Positions 36,527-49,081 of a stretch of DNA of 64,000 bases are shown here, one piece after another. The stretch covers positions 930,001 to 994,000 of the forward strand of contig CM060732.1 in assembly GCA_030704615.1 (NCBI GenBank), in the 5' to 3' direction. The notes beneath the pieces were generated by a model, which was not told the origin of the DNA, searched no databases, and was given only the letters and a program-made list of their open reading frames with translations. The DNA is from Takakia lepidozioides. Its lineage: Eukaryota; Plantae; Bryophyta. Both the position numbers and the translations under genes were made by a program. How positions within the stretch are numbered: position 1 is the first letter of the stretch; each line of letters starts with the position of its first letter.

Positions 36527-39500
36527 ATGCCGAAGGGGAGGAAGCAGATGCGTCTACAGGAGGAGATTGCCATCTCCGAGCAGCAGGCCACTCAGGCAAC
36601 CCAGCCACCAGTGAGAGCTCCATGCGATCGGGCTGCGCGCAGCTGATCGAGCACCGAACCCCCCATTTTGCTTCTGTAATTCTTAGACTGAATGCTAGGA
36701 GACTTGAATGCAGAACATGTTTGCATGCCTAACAGGAAAGGTGGACGTGCTGGAGGGATCGCAGGAATCCGAAGAGCCGCAGGAAGAGTCCGAGGAGCTA
36801 GCTGCAGCACGTACACCCACCCGATCCCCGAGCGCGGGTATTCCTGCCGGGCCTAGCCCTCTGCGATTCAAAGACGCGTCTTCGAAGGGCAAGTTCAAAG
36901 TCCAGAGATCGACTCGCGTTCTTCGATCATGGAGAATCGCCAGCAGGGGTCGGGCCCTTCTCCAGCAAAGTCGAAGAAGAAGCAGCCCGTCCCTCTACTG
37001 GCTTCTGAACCGGCTCAGGCCGATTCACCCCCCCCAACGCGAATGAAGCAGCAGGGTAGAAGACAGATTCAATTGCAGCAGACACCTTCACCTGCAAGGA
37101 TGAGGAAGCAGAAGGCAATCAGGGCGACGGCCGAACAATCTCCCGCAAAACCGCTTCCACGAGCTGAAGCTCAGTTCCTGGAGGATTTCCCGCCTGCAGA
37201 TGTTGGGGCCGACTCTGCTGCAGCGAAGGCAATGGGATCGACCGTTGATCTCGATTTGGTACCGGAGGAGGGTGCTGCCGCTGAACGTTCGCAGCAGACC
37301 ACCACCGATGAGCAGCAGGCCCGGAGGAGGCCTCTGCAATGGCAGAATTGCCCGCACACAGGCCCCAGAGTGCAGCTCCAGTTGAGGATGCTCCACTGCT
37401 CAGCCACTACCGCACCTACAGACATGTCTCCGGAGGATTTCAAAAGTGCAGCGGATAAAATGTTGGAGGAGACACACAGTAGCATTGGCAGAGTTCTGGG
37501 CAGCAGGGTATTCCAGCGGACTCTTCGAATCCCACTCTGTCGCATGGTCTCCCTTCCCATCGTCAGGCAGGCCCTTCCCGGAGATGTGGATAAGCTCAAG
37601 TTCGCATTTCGAGAAGGGTACCGTCTGGGATCGGCAGCGTTTTACGTTTCCATTGAGAATGAGGACGGCGAAACCCGTGGACCCACTGCCGATGAATTGT
37701 CAACGTGGGATACCCACTGGCACACTCGCAACCACGAATTCGAGGCGACGCTGAAGGGTGATCCCGACTTCGGCCATATGTCGGGAAAATGTTCTTTGTG
37801 GGACGGGAATCACCGACTTCTCGCCTGGTGGGAGTACATCAAGCAGAACCATGCCAAGCACATTGGCTGGCATTACATGGTGGAGTGTGTCATCCTCAAG
37901 GTGAAGGCGGCAGACTCCTCCCTGCTCAAGAATGCCATGGCGGACCTCAACTCGTAAGATACTCATACCCTCCCTAGCACGTTCGAAATGCGGTGCCGCA
38001 TTTCGGTTTCCATTCTGGTTTGATTCCGTGCTTCCGTGTACTGAACTGGAGAGTGTGCCTTGCAGGGTCACTGAGAATGCGTACGTGCATACCCACATGG
38101 CACATATGCTGTACAGGGTGAGGAAAACTGGTCTCACTGATCCGCAGATGTTTGCGGAAATGCTGGAGCCCGAGCTCATTCAGAAAGCCGTTGCAAAAAC
38201 AGACCGGACATGGTATCGTCTCACTATGGATGGAATGGTGGAGGTGATATACGAAGTAAGTCGTCTCCAATTTCCCTCTGCTCATCCTTCCCCAATTTCC
38301 AGTAATGTTTCCACATGAATCGAATGTAACGCTTCTGCATGTTTTTGTTGGCAGTCAAACATCAAGCTGGATTTGGCCCATGCCAAACGCTTCTTCATGG
38401 AAAGTGAGGGGCAGGTCAAAACGTTGCAGTCATTGACTGAGCACTTGAAGGAAGCCGGTGTCAAGTCCAGAACCAAATACAAGTCAAAGCTTGTGAAGCT
38501 GGTGGCAATTGCAGATCCGGCACTTGGAAAGGACTTCATCCCCGAGATTGCAAAACACTATTCTCGGGCCATGCAGCCGACCATGCAATTGGAGAAACTG
38601 CATCACCTCTCAACGGCATGTGTGGAGGCGAAAGAGAAGGTGAGGTTTCAATGCACTGAATTTCCTTCCTAGCAATAGCCACTCTCTTCCAGCCCTGACA
38701 TTGGATCGGAAATGGCAGACACGGTGGCTGTCGATCTGGAATGCATCCGAGAGCATAAGGACAATGTGGTCTTTTCCACTGGAAGTTTCCGACCCTGCAG
38801 TGGATGTGTGGCTCAACCGTATGACTTGGTGGTTCCAGGTAATTCAAGGTACTTCCCCAGATTTGCTTTTCTGACATGAATTCCCTGAACTGCTACGTGA
38901 CAATGCATTTGGGAATCGCAGGTAATGTCGAATGCGAAGGAGCAAGTCGTAATGCACACAAATTCGTTCGGCTTGTACGTCAAATGGGATGGAACACAGA
39001 CATTGGAAGACTACGTGACACGTTTCAGATGTGCGTACAAGGACAACCTTTTCGCCAGAGAGCTACAGACAGCAAGAAGGAGCGTGGAGTTTACACATCA
39101 GGAGGGAGCGGGGAAAGCTGCAATGCGAATTGTTTACAGGTGAAGCACAGCTGCCCTTGTATGCGAAGCCTGGTTACGAGGTTTGTCTCGGAAATGCGGC
39201 ACCGCATTCGCATTTTATGTTTTCGGTGGCACTCTGCCAGTAGGTTGGTCTCAACTTTTGCTCACGCATGCTGACTGCCTTGCAGGTATATGAAATACGT
39301 GCTCCTTCAGACAGGGGCCCTGGCTCAAGAGCCCCCGTTCTTCATGGCTTGGACCGTGGCGGGCCCAAGCTGTGTCTACACACCCGAGATGCAGAAACAA
39401 TGGCATCCCGCGCATCTCGTTGGATGCCCGTGGTACCTGGACATGTCTGGCGGTATTGTTGACGAGTCTGAGAAAGATCTGCACGCCTTGGCAGAAGAGA

Positions 39501-41656
39501 AGAGAAAGGAAAGACGTGTCCCTGGGCCAAAGTCGGCAAAGGAATCTGCTGCTCTGGAAGAATCCAGAAAGGCAGCTGAGATGGCACAAAAGACGGTGGA
39601 TGCAGCTGTGCAGGCCCAACAGAAGGGGTCGAAGAAGAGACTCGCCAGCAAGGAGCAGCTGTTGTGACACCCGCCAAAACGAAGAAGCAGAAACAGCCTG
39701 TTCAGGAAGAGGGTGAGGAAGAGGACTCCGATGGAGACTTTGCAACCAGCCCACCCCCCCAAACGCAGGCTGCCTCCCCTGTGCCCACCGTTGTCACGAG
39801 AGGCACGAGAACTGGCTCGGCAAAGAAGGCACTCTTCAACCCCCCAGGGGGGCACCCTTTCGAGCCGGTGGAAATGAAGAGGCCGAAAGTGGCTCCCGAA
39901 ACTGTAGTCCAGTGTGTAAATGAGAGTTTCTTGGCGGCTTTGGATGGACGGGCAGCCAAGTTGGCATACATGAAGACCATGGAGGGTCTGAAGGGCAGAG
40001 CACTGAAGAAGGCGACTGCCGAAGAGCCTTCCGACACCCCAGGATTTCAGAATATGGTCTCGTTCTTTGAGAGGGTGTGTGCAGACAAGGATTGTAGGAG
40101 GGGCGGAAATGCCACCGAGTGGTCTTGCGATATGATCATCTTGGATATTCCGGACGGAGAGCCTGTGGAAGGACTGCAAGCTTTGCCATCTTGGAACAGG
40201 TACTCGGAGGACTTTTGGAAGAAAGGATTCGGGCTTGCCCGCATGGTGTTGGACGACAGAGGCTGTGTGGTTGTCCTGGCGAGCAGAGGAAAAAACACTC
40301 AGACAGGAATTGCGAAGTGGACCCGCAAGAGCGCCGTCCCGATTCTGAAAAAGAAGTGGACGTGCATCAACACACTGGGCCTTCGGTCGGAAGGGAAGAA
40401 GGTGATTACGACACTGGCACTCGTCCATTCATTTGCTTGGGTGTTTCAAATGCGGTGCCGCATTCGGTTTCTAATCGTTTTCCCCCTGTGTATGCAGACG
40501 AAGCAGTTCGATGCATACTGCTTTGTGAAGGAAAACTCCACCTTTGCTTTCCGGAAGGAGGGAGGAAAGGTTGACCCGAACTGCGACCCACTCGATTACG
40601 ACGTTCTGTTCAACAACGTTCCCAAGGAACTTCTCCCTCATAGCCTCACTTCAACGGAACCCCTGCGGTACTCACGGACTCGGAGCCCTGCCTTCATTCA
40701 GACAATTATGGAGACATGCACAGACGTGGAGGGCACAGTGCTCGACCTCATCTGTGGGACAGGTATGCAGAATCTTGATCTCTGCTGTTCTGCAAATTCT
40801 CGTTAGGATGTAGTTCGCAACATCTGAAGCGCCATGTGGTAATGTGTGGATGGCATTGTAACAGGTGCCTCAATGTGGGCTGGGCGGTTTTCCGACCGGC
40901 ACCTCTTTGCCTACGAGGAGGATTCATCCGTGTGGGGATCCCATCTGGAGGGGCTGCAACGGAATGTGAAGGCTCCCGACAGAGCGGAAGTCTCCTCGGA
41001 TTCGTCGGAGTCCGAGGAAGACACAGTGGACATTGATGCGAGGAGAACCCGGAATACGAGTGAGTGCAAACATTGTAAGTTTGCAAAGCCTTCTGGGTCA
41101 TTTATGTCAAAGGAATTTCCCGACTGTGGTTCTCATTAGTCTCGTTGATGATTGTCATGTGCAGGATTGCAGGGTCCGGGTCGAAACATGTAGGGCCTAC
41201 ACTTCCTGCCAGGAAGAATGTCCGTTCTTTGCGAGGGCCGACTTCATGACGAGCCCGGTGAGGGACTACTCCCTTCCTAGTTATGCAGCTAAACTCGCAA
41301 ATACAGCGATTAGAAGAAGTGAGAATCCCAGTAAAGTAGAGCAGATTTTGGAGAGGGCTAGGGAGGACAGAAGGATAAGGAAAGAGTTGGCAGCAGCTCA
41401 GACAGGTAGACGGGTACGAAAGTACATATGTGATTCAGCGGATGAGAGCGACGCAGACAGGGAGGAAGACGACCCAACGGAGGTGAGATGGACAGTTCCG
41501 CAAGGGGAAGATGGGATTTTCGAAAGCCTGGCCAACGAGCAGTCCGCTGGAGATGAGAGAGGCACTGAGGGGGTGGAGGAGGAGCAGGACAGTCTAGAAC
41601 AGGATGAGGATTCGATGATTTTCAAGATTAATAGAATTTTAATGAAGTCTCTGTAA
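36527..41656 (+). CDS. Multi-exon cargo gene: low-complexity N-terminus, ParB/Srx-like domain, helical region, beta-class amino-methyltransferase-like domain, acidic tail
   Basis: IPLCRM..VRQALPGDVDKLKFAF..G...FYV...WDGNHRLLAW (37802); CDMIILDIPDG (40144); RSPAFIQTIMETCTDVEGTVLDLICGTG|ASMWAGRFSDRHLFAYEED. GT-AG introns, e.g. 37954-38065 and 38256-38354. Confidence 0.75.
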
Positions 41657-41765
41657 ATGTAAATTCTCTTCCAGAGTATATAAAGAATTCTGCCCGACAT
41701 TCGTGACCCCTCTCCAGTGTGCATTCCAGCCACACAATCGCCCAAACCAGGACGCTCCCAAAATC

Positions 41766-42427
41766 AGAAATGGGGCAGGGCATTTCCAAAATTTTGGCAA
41801 CTCTAAGAACCTCTTTTGGAAATGCGGCACCGCATTTCCAAAACAGGGGAGGGACTAATTTTCCATTTCAATGTTGGCATAGTAAAAAGTAATCTGAATT
41901 GGAATGCGGTGCCGCATTTCCAAAATTTCCTTTGTCCACACGCCAGTTTTGGCCTCTCCGCTCATTGCATGGATGCCACCACGCTTACAGAGGTCGAACA
42001 AGGAGGTCGAACAAGGAGGGACATGGCGGGATTGGAAATGCGGTGCCGCATTTCCATATTGGGGATGGTGGTTGTTCGAACTGCAGGCCCATCAGCAAAA
42101 ATGGCACCGCATTCCATTGTAAAAAAAAGTCGATGACGGACATGGAAATGCGGCGCCGCATTTCCAGAACGGACATCGCAATTTGTCCATTTGCAGACCC
42201 TCTCTCGGAAATGCGGTAACGCATTCCATCGCGCTGGTCGGAAATGGTGCACTTTTCGAAGTGTTGGACGGAAATGCGGCACCGCATTCCCTTGTCCAAA
42301 AAGAAGTTTCCATTGCCAAGCTGGAAATGCGTCGCCGCATTTGCAATGCCAACCTCGTTTTCTGATCAATTTATAGACCCGTGTTGGTATTTCGTGTACC
42401 TGGACGGAAATGATGCACCGCATTTTC
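41766..42427. repeat. Second palindrome cluster of the inner MULE (~9-10 copies)
   Basis: Starts at about 41766, 41818, 41900, 42034, 42144, 42207, 42270, 42323 and 42406. Confidence 0.88.
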
Positions 42428-42875
42428 TTGTCTGGAAAAACCAAATTATTTCTGAACCCCGGCCCTTTTTCTGTTATGTCCGACATGGCGTTACTCTGGT
42501 ATATTGACACATGACTCACATACCGGTTACTCTGCTTTATTCAACCGACAGACAAATTGTAGAAATGAGACATCAAATTGTAAACAGTGGGCCAAATCCG
42601 AGAGTTATTCAACACAATGAGTCATACACATTCCAGGGCACACTCCAGGGCACATTTAAATTTCCCCACAGGATCCTGGACCGATGAAGATTGGCTGCTG
42701 CATGAATGTAGCCGTTTCAGTTTCCTACCCTGCCATGCAAACTATGGGCAGTCACTGCCAGGTGGGCCGATAGCCACTGGACGACGAAGTCCATCCCCTC
42801 TTCGATGTAAATGCGGCGCCGAATTTCCATCCGGGGGATGGACTTCGGTGGCAGATCTCAAACTATAACTTGTTG

Positions 42876-43639
42876 ATGAGAAAGATGTATGGCTTCATCC
42901 ACCGCTGGCGTGATGAACACGTTCCACCTCCGTCGGTGGGTACGTGTGACCCAGATGCTCCATTTTGGAGGCCGGACTGCTCTTCCGCTTCGTATCATTT
43001 CCAAAATCTAAGGGCTTCGTAGCTGTCCGCAAGGTCATCGGCATCCAAGTCGTCCTCAGGTCCTCCTTTGCAAGGATGCCGTGCTTCCGGAACCGGGACG
43101 ACTGCCCCTTTGGAGGCATCGATTATGCAATGTATTCGGCCACATCGGGAGACATTGTTATCTGGTACACAGATTACACAGAAGATACTGGTTCGATTGT
43201 GGAAACATTGGTGGCTTTTGAGTATATCGTAGGCCACTACGCCTTCGAGCGGGGTGACGATCTTGGTCTGAGGAGTCCGTGGCTCCTGCGCATCCTCGAT
43301 TCCGATTTTCCCAGCTACGACGGTCACCCATGCAGAAGAAGGCGCACTGCTATGCTGTTGCGGTGGAACTGCTGCCACTGGACGTGGGTGGACTCCATCG
43401 GAGAGACCTATTCTCCTCGAGGAGTGCGCTCCTCTTCTCCATTGTATGGGGACATTCGCATTGGTGTGGACGACGAAAACGTGAAGATTTCCATATTCGA
43501 TGGTGGTATGATTGAAGGGCAGGACATTGTGGTGAACATCACTAGGGGCGGTACAACGGCTGCAATCGACTTTACATGGAGGAGCCCCAGGACTCATGAG
43601 CTAGTTCTGAGAGCAGTCGAAGTCCCATTGACAACGTGA
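42876..43639 (+). CDS. Unknown cargo protein B (~250 aa; open 42965-43639, 5' frameshift)
   Basis: Long ORF present in both copies and clearly paralogous to 55262-55972. Confidence 0.7.
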
Positions 43640-44102
43640 CTTGTATTCAGTAGGCACAGGGCTCAAGATTTGAGGGCACAATCAGCACAGTAGACGTGCT
43701 TCAAATGCAATTCATGTGGATCAATAAAAACCTCATTGTGCCCTCTTTTTATTCTATTCTGTGTCCATCGTTCCGAGAATGCGTCATTGCTCATTTCGTT
43801 TGGGATTGGGAGTGTGGGTGAATTTTGCAAATGGCTGGTAGGCTGAAATGGGCCCCCATTGTACAGAGCAGTACCACCCTACCATTCGCGAAACATTGCC
43901 TTTCAATATATAATTCTAAATAACATTGCCGAACCTCCTTCATCGGGAGGTCCTTCTCCCCCTATGACCGTGGCACCCTAAACCCTATTCCCGCGGACAC
44001 TCATTTCCGGAAAATAGTGCTGCTCATGTTTTTTTCCACACTTACGACTCTGCTCATGGCTCATGCCGCTCATGGCTCATGGCTCATGAAATAGCAGCCC
44101 CC

Positions 44103-46633
44103 TTCAATCCTCCGCCTGACAGGGCGAGTCCGGACGTCCCCCTCTAGGTGTTCACCTCTGCGGTGCAGAGGCGTCCCTTTGATCTTCTCTCGCAATGCTG
44201 TCGCCCATTTCACTGGATTCTTGGACCTCGAAGCTGTTCGTACCAACAATTCCTCCCTGTCCGGCCCAAAGCCCCATTGTTTGCCGCTCAGGAACTTGTA
44301 GTACGTGGCTTGCTGCATGATTGCTCTGTCGATGTCCTCCGTTGTGGCCGTGACTACGTCCACCAGATGTGCGGCAGAAGACGCTCGCCAGGAGGAGTGG
44401 ACCGATTCTGCCATATTCGTGTTCGGCATGTCCGTGTCGGAATCCAAGCACCGCTCCTAGAAGGACACAAACAATGGTGAGGGACCAATCGAAATGTCCG
44501 TAACAGAAAGACAAATGAACGAAATTGACAGCAGCCTACCTCCCGCATGTACTGTCCGAACTGTCGATACCGAAAATGCCACCACCCCAACCAGTGCAAT
44601 GCTCCCAGATTGTTGTCTCCACTGCACCTGACGTGTTCCACCAAGCCTCGATGATAGCAAACTTAACCTCCGCGTCATCAAATGTGGGTGCATCCTTCCA
44701 CGCCGTACAAAGGACACGGTGTTCAGCCTGGAATGAGCTAGCAACAAATTTGGTAGTGTAGTGGGATAGACTCTGCATCCAATGGAATCCACAGGATCTC
44801 TCTTTCCCCTCCATTGGAACATTGGGGTCCTCACCGTACACACGCCGCACCGCTGCCCAGTTGGCCTGAGCGTTGTCTGCCATGAATCCCCTGAAATTGG
44901 GCTCTGGCAATCCCGCCCTTGCCATCTGCTCGTTTATGCCCTCCCACAGATGCATCTCGGACTGTGTGTCTCCCCCTTTCATCTCGCAGATTGCAATCGT
45001 CATGAGCCTCTTGGAGTGATAGTCATAAACATGCGCACCCATAGTCACCCACTGATGGTTTGTAATTCGCTTGATGTGATCAAACATCACCCAAGCATTC
45101 GACAAGTTTCCAGTTGTCATGCGAGTGACCAAGTCGACTCCACTCCCAGGCCCACACGTCGACATTTTGAAAATGTAACAACGATCGGATTCGCTGCCTT
45201 GCCCTGGAAACCTGCTACCTTGGATGTAGTCATATCCAGTCATTCGTTTCACCTCCAGGATTGAGTACATGTCCGACCCCCTGCCGAACTCCTGCTTGCA
45301 AGATACGATGTGATTCCGCACATTCGGACTACAAACGTGCGAGACGGACTCCAAGAGGTCACGCATCTCGTCTTCGGTCAAGGGCTCTCGGTCGGAACCA
45401 TCTTCAGACATGATTTTGCCAAGAGCAATCTTGTGGGCTGCCTTCAGCTGAATCTGCTTTGGTCTGGCTCCGGGGCTCAATTTCACCTCCTCTTTTATGA
45501 TGTCGTGTGCTTCCTGCACAGCCTCACGCATGTTGCCTCTCGCCAAGGGGTGGCAGTGGACCCCAACGTGTATGCAAGCTCTAGTCAAGTCCGGGAGCAA
45601 ATGGATTACGTAATATTGCTTGGCTCTGCACATGGACATGCACGTCGGTGGTTCTTTGCAATGTGCACACTTGAAAGAACCCGCAGGAGCTTGGCTGGAG
45701 ACAATGAATGGATGATGCGTTGTGCCAGTCCAATCCGTCTCGTTTCTCCGCCCTCCTTTGGAGAGAAAGTGGAAGCAGGTGGGATTGAGGCACCTCAGCT
45801 TCCCCGCACAGAGGACATATCGTACACGAACACCATCAGCAATTTTCGTGCTACTGGTCTTCGTCACACACCAGGGGTGTCCGTCATGCTTTCGATCCAT
45901 GTCTGTTAACATCCCGGAGGCTTTCTTTGACGAAGAAACAGGTGGAAACTCGAAGATGACATTGCCATCGACTTCGGGAGGCAGAAACGTTACCTTTCTG
46001 ACTGGGAATTTGGCATAGTCGAGAGCAGCCAGCTCGGAGCGAGAACCATCGAGGTGATGTTGTCGTAGGAGCTGCACAATGGACCGGGTTGGAGTTATGC
46101 TCGAGGGCACATGCGTAGCACCTACAGAGACGTCCATGCCGGATTTGAACGACCGTGTGGAGGACATGGGTACCTCAATGCAATCATCTTCCTCGTCGGA
46201 AATGTCGAATACGTCCACACGAGAAGCTATGGAGGGTCTTGACGGTCCAGGTCGGGAATGATTATCGTTGCATACCTCTCTGTTGGACAGTGGCCGCCTC
46301 TCGGTTTTCCCGGACTCCTTTGTGGATGGTGTGGGCAGCGACTGATTCGGAAAGGGAATGGGCATTCCCACAGCTCGGTACAGGATGGTGTCTGACGGGG
46401 GAACGTGCCATTCGATTCCGCAACCTCCGTCGTTACCTAGCACGACAATGGTCTCGTCAACCTGTCCAGGAACATCCTTCCTTTCTTCTTCCAAATAAAC
46501 TGTGCCCGGTTTGAGCTTGAATTTGGAACAAAGGTAAGTTTCAGTCACTCTGCAAAGTCCTCCCCTCGTTTGGGATCCAGGCTCTCCCAAGTTTGCGGAG
46601 GACAGCAACTATAGCGTAGGAATTCGGAGCCAT
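44103..46633 (-). CDS. N-terminal and catalytic part of the outer MULE transposase (690-codon open frame; intron 44457-44539)
   Basis: Same D/D/CxxH/E motifs as the inner copy; truncated by the inner insertion. Confidence 0.88.
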
Positions 46634-47058
46634 CGAACACCGCACGGAGTTGGCAAGTGCGAGGTTCAGTATAGCGACAGACCAAGGCTCACAGCACCAT
46701 CTAAGTGGATGCGGAGTCCATCGACGATTGGAAGTCGCACATTGAAGTGGAAAGTATTGTTTCAAGCTACATGCATGAAGGTGGGAGGTTTGATTCCATA
46801 GCCAGTGAGTATGACAATGATGGCCGATTCGGCGACGAAATAACATCTCCTGACAGTTTCTCCTGAGGGTGGATCCAGCAGTATTCTCGGTGCAGACAGG
46901 AACGTTCGCACTGACAAGTGCCAGGACTGTGGTTAAAACGGTCAGACAACCAAGTTGTGCTCATCAAGACTGGCCGCAATTGTGTTGTTTCGGAACAATG
47001 CAACCCATTCAGGTTCCAGATTTCCCGTCCCGAGTGATTCTTTCGATTGCTGGTGGAC

Positions 47059-48690
47059 GGAAATACGGCGCCGCATTTCCGTATTGCATCTTGGTCATGC
47101 ACCAGAGCGACGGAAATTTTCCGTCCGGGGGAACCTTTATACTCTCCAGAACGGAAATGCGGCATTTCCATCCAGCAAGCACGGTATGTGAAGGTGAACG
47201 GAAATGCGGTACCGCATTTCCGTTCTGATTGAGATTTATGAAACGGGAACAGAAATGCGGCACCGCATTTCCGTCCGAGTCGCACTTTTCCGACATTTCA
47301 GAACGGAAATGCGGCGCCGCATTTCCATTTTGTATCTGATGCATGGAGCTGAGGGATAGAAATGCTGCAGCACATTTCCGTCCTTAAAAGACATTCATAC
47401 TCTCCAGAACGGAAATGCGGTACCGCATTTTCATTCACAAGCACGGTATGTGAAGGTGGAACGGAAATGCGGTACCGCATTTCCGAGAGACCGCATTTCC
47501 GTCCGAGTCGCACTTTTCGACATTCCAGAACGGAAATGCGGCGCCGCATTTCCATTTTGTATCTGATGCATGGAGCCGAGTGCGATTCCGACAGCTTCAT
47601 ACAGCGCAATTCCGACCGCTTGAGACATTCATACTATCCAGAAGGAAATGCGGCACGCATTTCCGTTCTGACTGAAAATCGTGAACCATCTGAACTAAAA
47701 TGCGGCAGTATTTCCATCCGAGTCGCACCTGCGGTACCGCATTTCCGTTCTGACTGAAAATCGTGAACCATCGGAACTGAAATGTTTCCATCCGAGTCGC
47801 ACCTCCCAACATTCCAGAACGGAATGTATTAGATTCAAAAGGGAAATGCGGCACCGCATTTCCGTTCTGATGAAATATCCTGAAACATCGGAACTGAAAT
47901 GCGGTACCGCATTTCCGTCGGAGTCGCACCTTCCGACATTCCAAAACGGAAATGCGGCGCCGCATTTCCGTTTGTATGTGAGGCATGGAGCTGTGGAACG
48001 AAAATGCGGCACGCATTTCCGCCAGCGTCAGACGTTAATACTCTACAGAACGGAAATGCGGTACCGCATTTCCATTCTGACTGAAAATCGTGCGCAACGG
48101 GAACAGAAATGCGGCACCGCATTTCCGTTCGAGTCGCACCTTCCGACATTCTAGAACGGAAATGCGGCGCCGCATTTCCGTTTTGTATATTGGGCCTGGA
48201 GCTGTGCTACGAAATGTGTTGCCGCATTTCCATCCATGTGAGACCTTCAACTTTCCACCGGAAATGCGGGATTTTCTGTCCAGGTGAGACCTCTATACTT
48301 TCCCGAACGGAAATGTGGCACGGCATTTCCATTCATCAACTAACGTATGTGAAGTGGGAACGGAAATGCGGTTTTTATTGAAAATCATGAACCACGGGAA
48401 CTGAAATGTTGTGCCTCATTCCCGTCCCAATCGCACCTTTCGACATTCCAGAACGGAAATGCGGCGCCGCATTTCCCTTTTGAATCTCATACATGGAGCT
48501 GTGGGACGGAAATGCGGCACCGTATTTCCGTTCAACAACTAAGGTATGTGAAGGTGGAACGGAAATGCGGTGCCGCATTTTCTTCCAACAAGTACGGATG
48601 TGTAGCTTCGTGATGGTACTTAACGGAAATGCGGCGCCGCATTCGCATTTTCGCTCCAACTCATCAGACGCTGGGACGGAAATGCCTTGA
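47059..48690. repeat. Main palindrome array of the outer MULE
   Basis: Homologous to 34549-36145, with about two extra units near 48370-48480. Confidence 0.93.
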
Positions 48691-49081
48691 AATGTGAACA
48701 CGTGGAGCAACGGAATTGCTGCACATGTCGGCACTCTATCTGACTGAAGGGGCATGAGGCGGCGCGGCCTGACCGTTGGATAATGATGTTTGTTTTTCGG
48801 ACGGCAGGCGTACCCTCAACGATTCGAATTTCGTAATGACGCAAACTCCACGAGGAGACACTTTCGTCCAACCCTTTCGAACCCAAGTGGTGCATCACCG
48901 CCGTTTCATCTACTTTTGTCGTGTCTCCTCAGTCACCCCTCTCGCGCCCTTTCCATCTGCACTCTTTGCCCTTTTCCCTCTCTCTGTTCTTCTTATGCTC
49001 GAACCTGAGAGGGGGGGAGTTCGTGCACCAGACAGGAGACCTCGTCGCAAGCTCCGGAAATTATACTTCGGACGTAGGCCA

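Larger units (their letters stand above)
29691..44102 (+). mobile_element. Inner copy (14.4 kb) of the same MULE, inserted in the transposase gene of the outer copy
   Basis: Left end GTTACTATTTCATGAGC at 29691, right end ATAGCAGCCCCC at 44102. The flanks rejoin to the sequence seen intact at 31586-31620. Confidence 0.9.

Noticed and set aside
39376-40428. Long antisense ORFs (350 aa here; 420 aa at 51939-53201)
   Set aside because: Shadows of the plus-strand cargo exons, with no motifs and different boundaries in the two copies.
36527-41656. Bacterial contamination or a restriction-modification/partition locus
   Set aside because: The gene has GT-AG introns and sits in a TSD-bounded MULE nested in plant-type CACTA and L1 elements. 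No ParA or restriction nuclease partner is visible.
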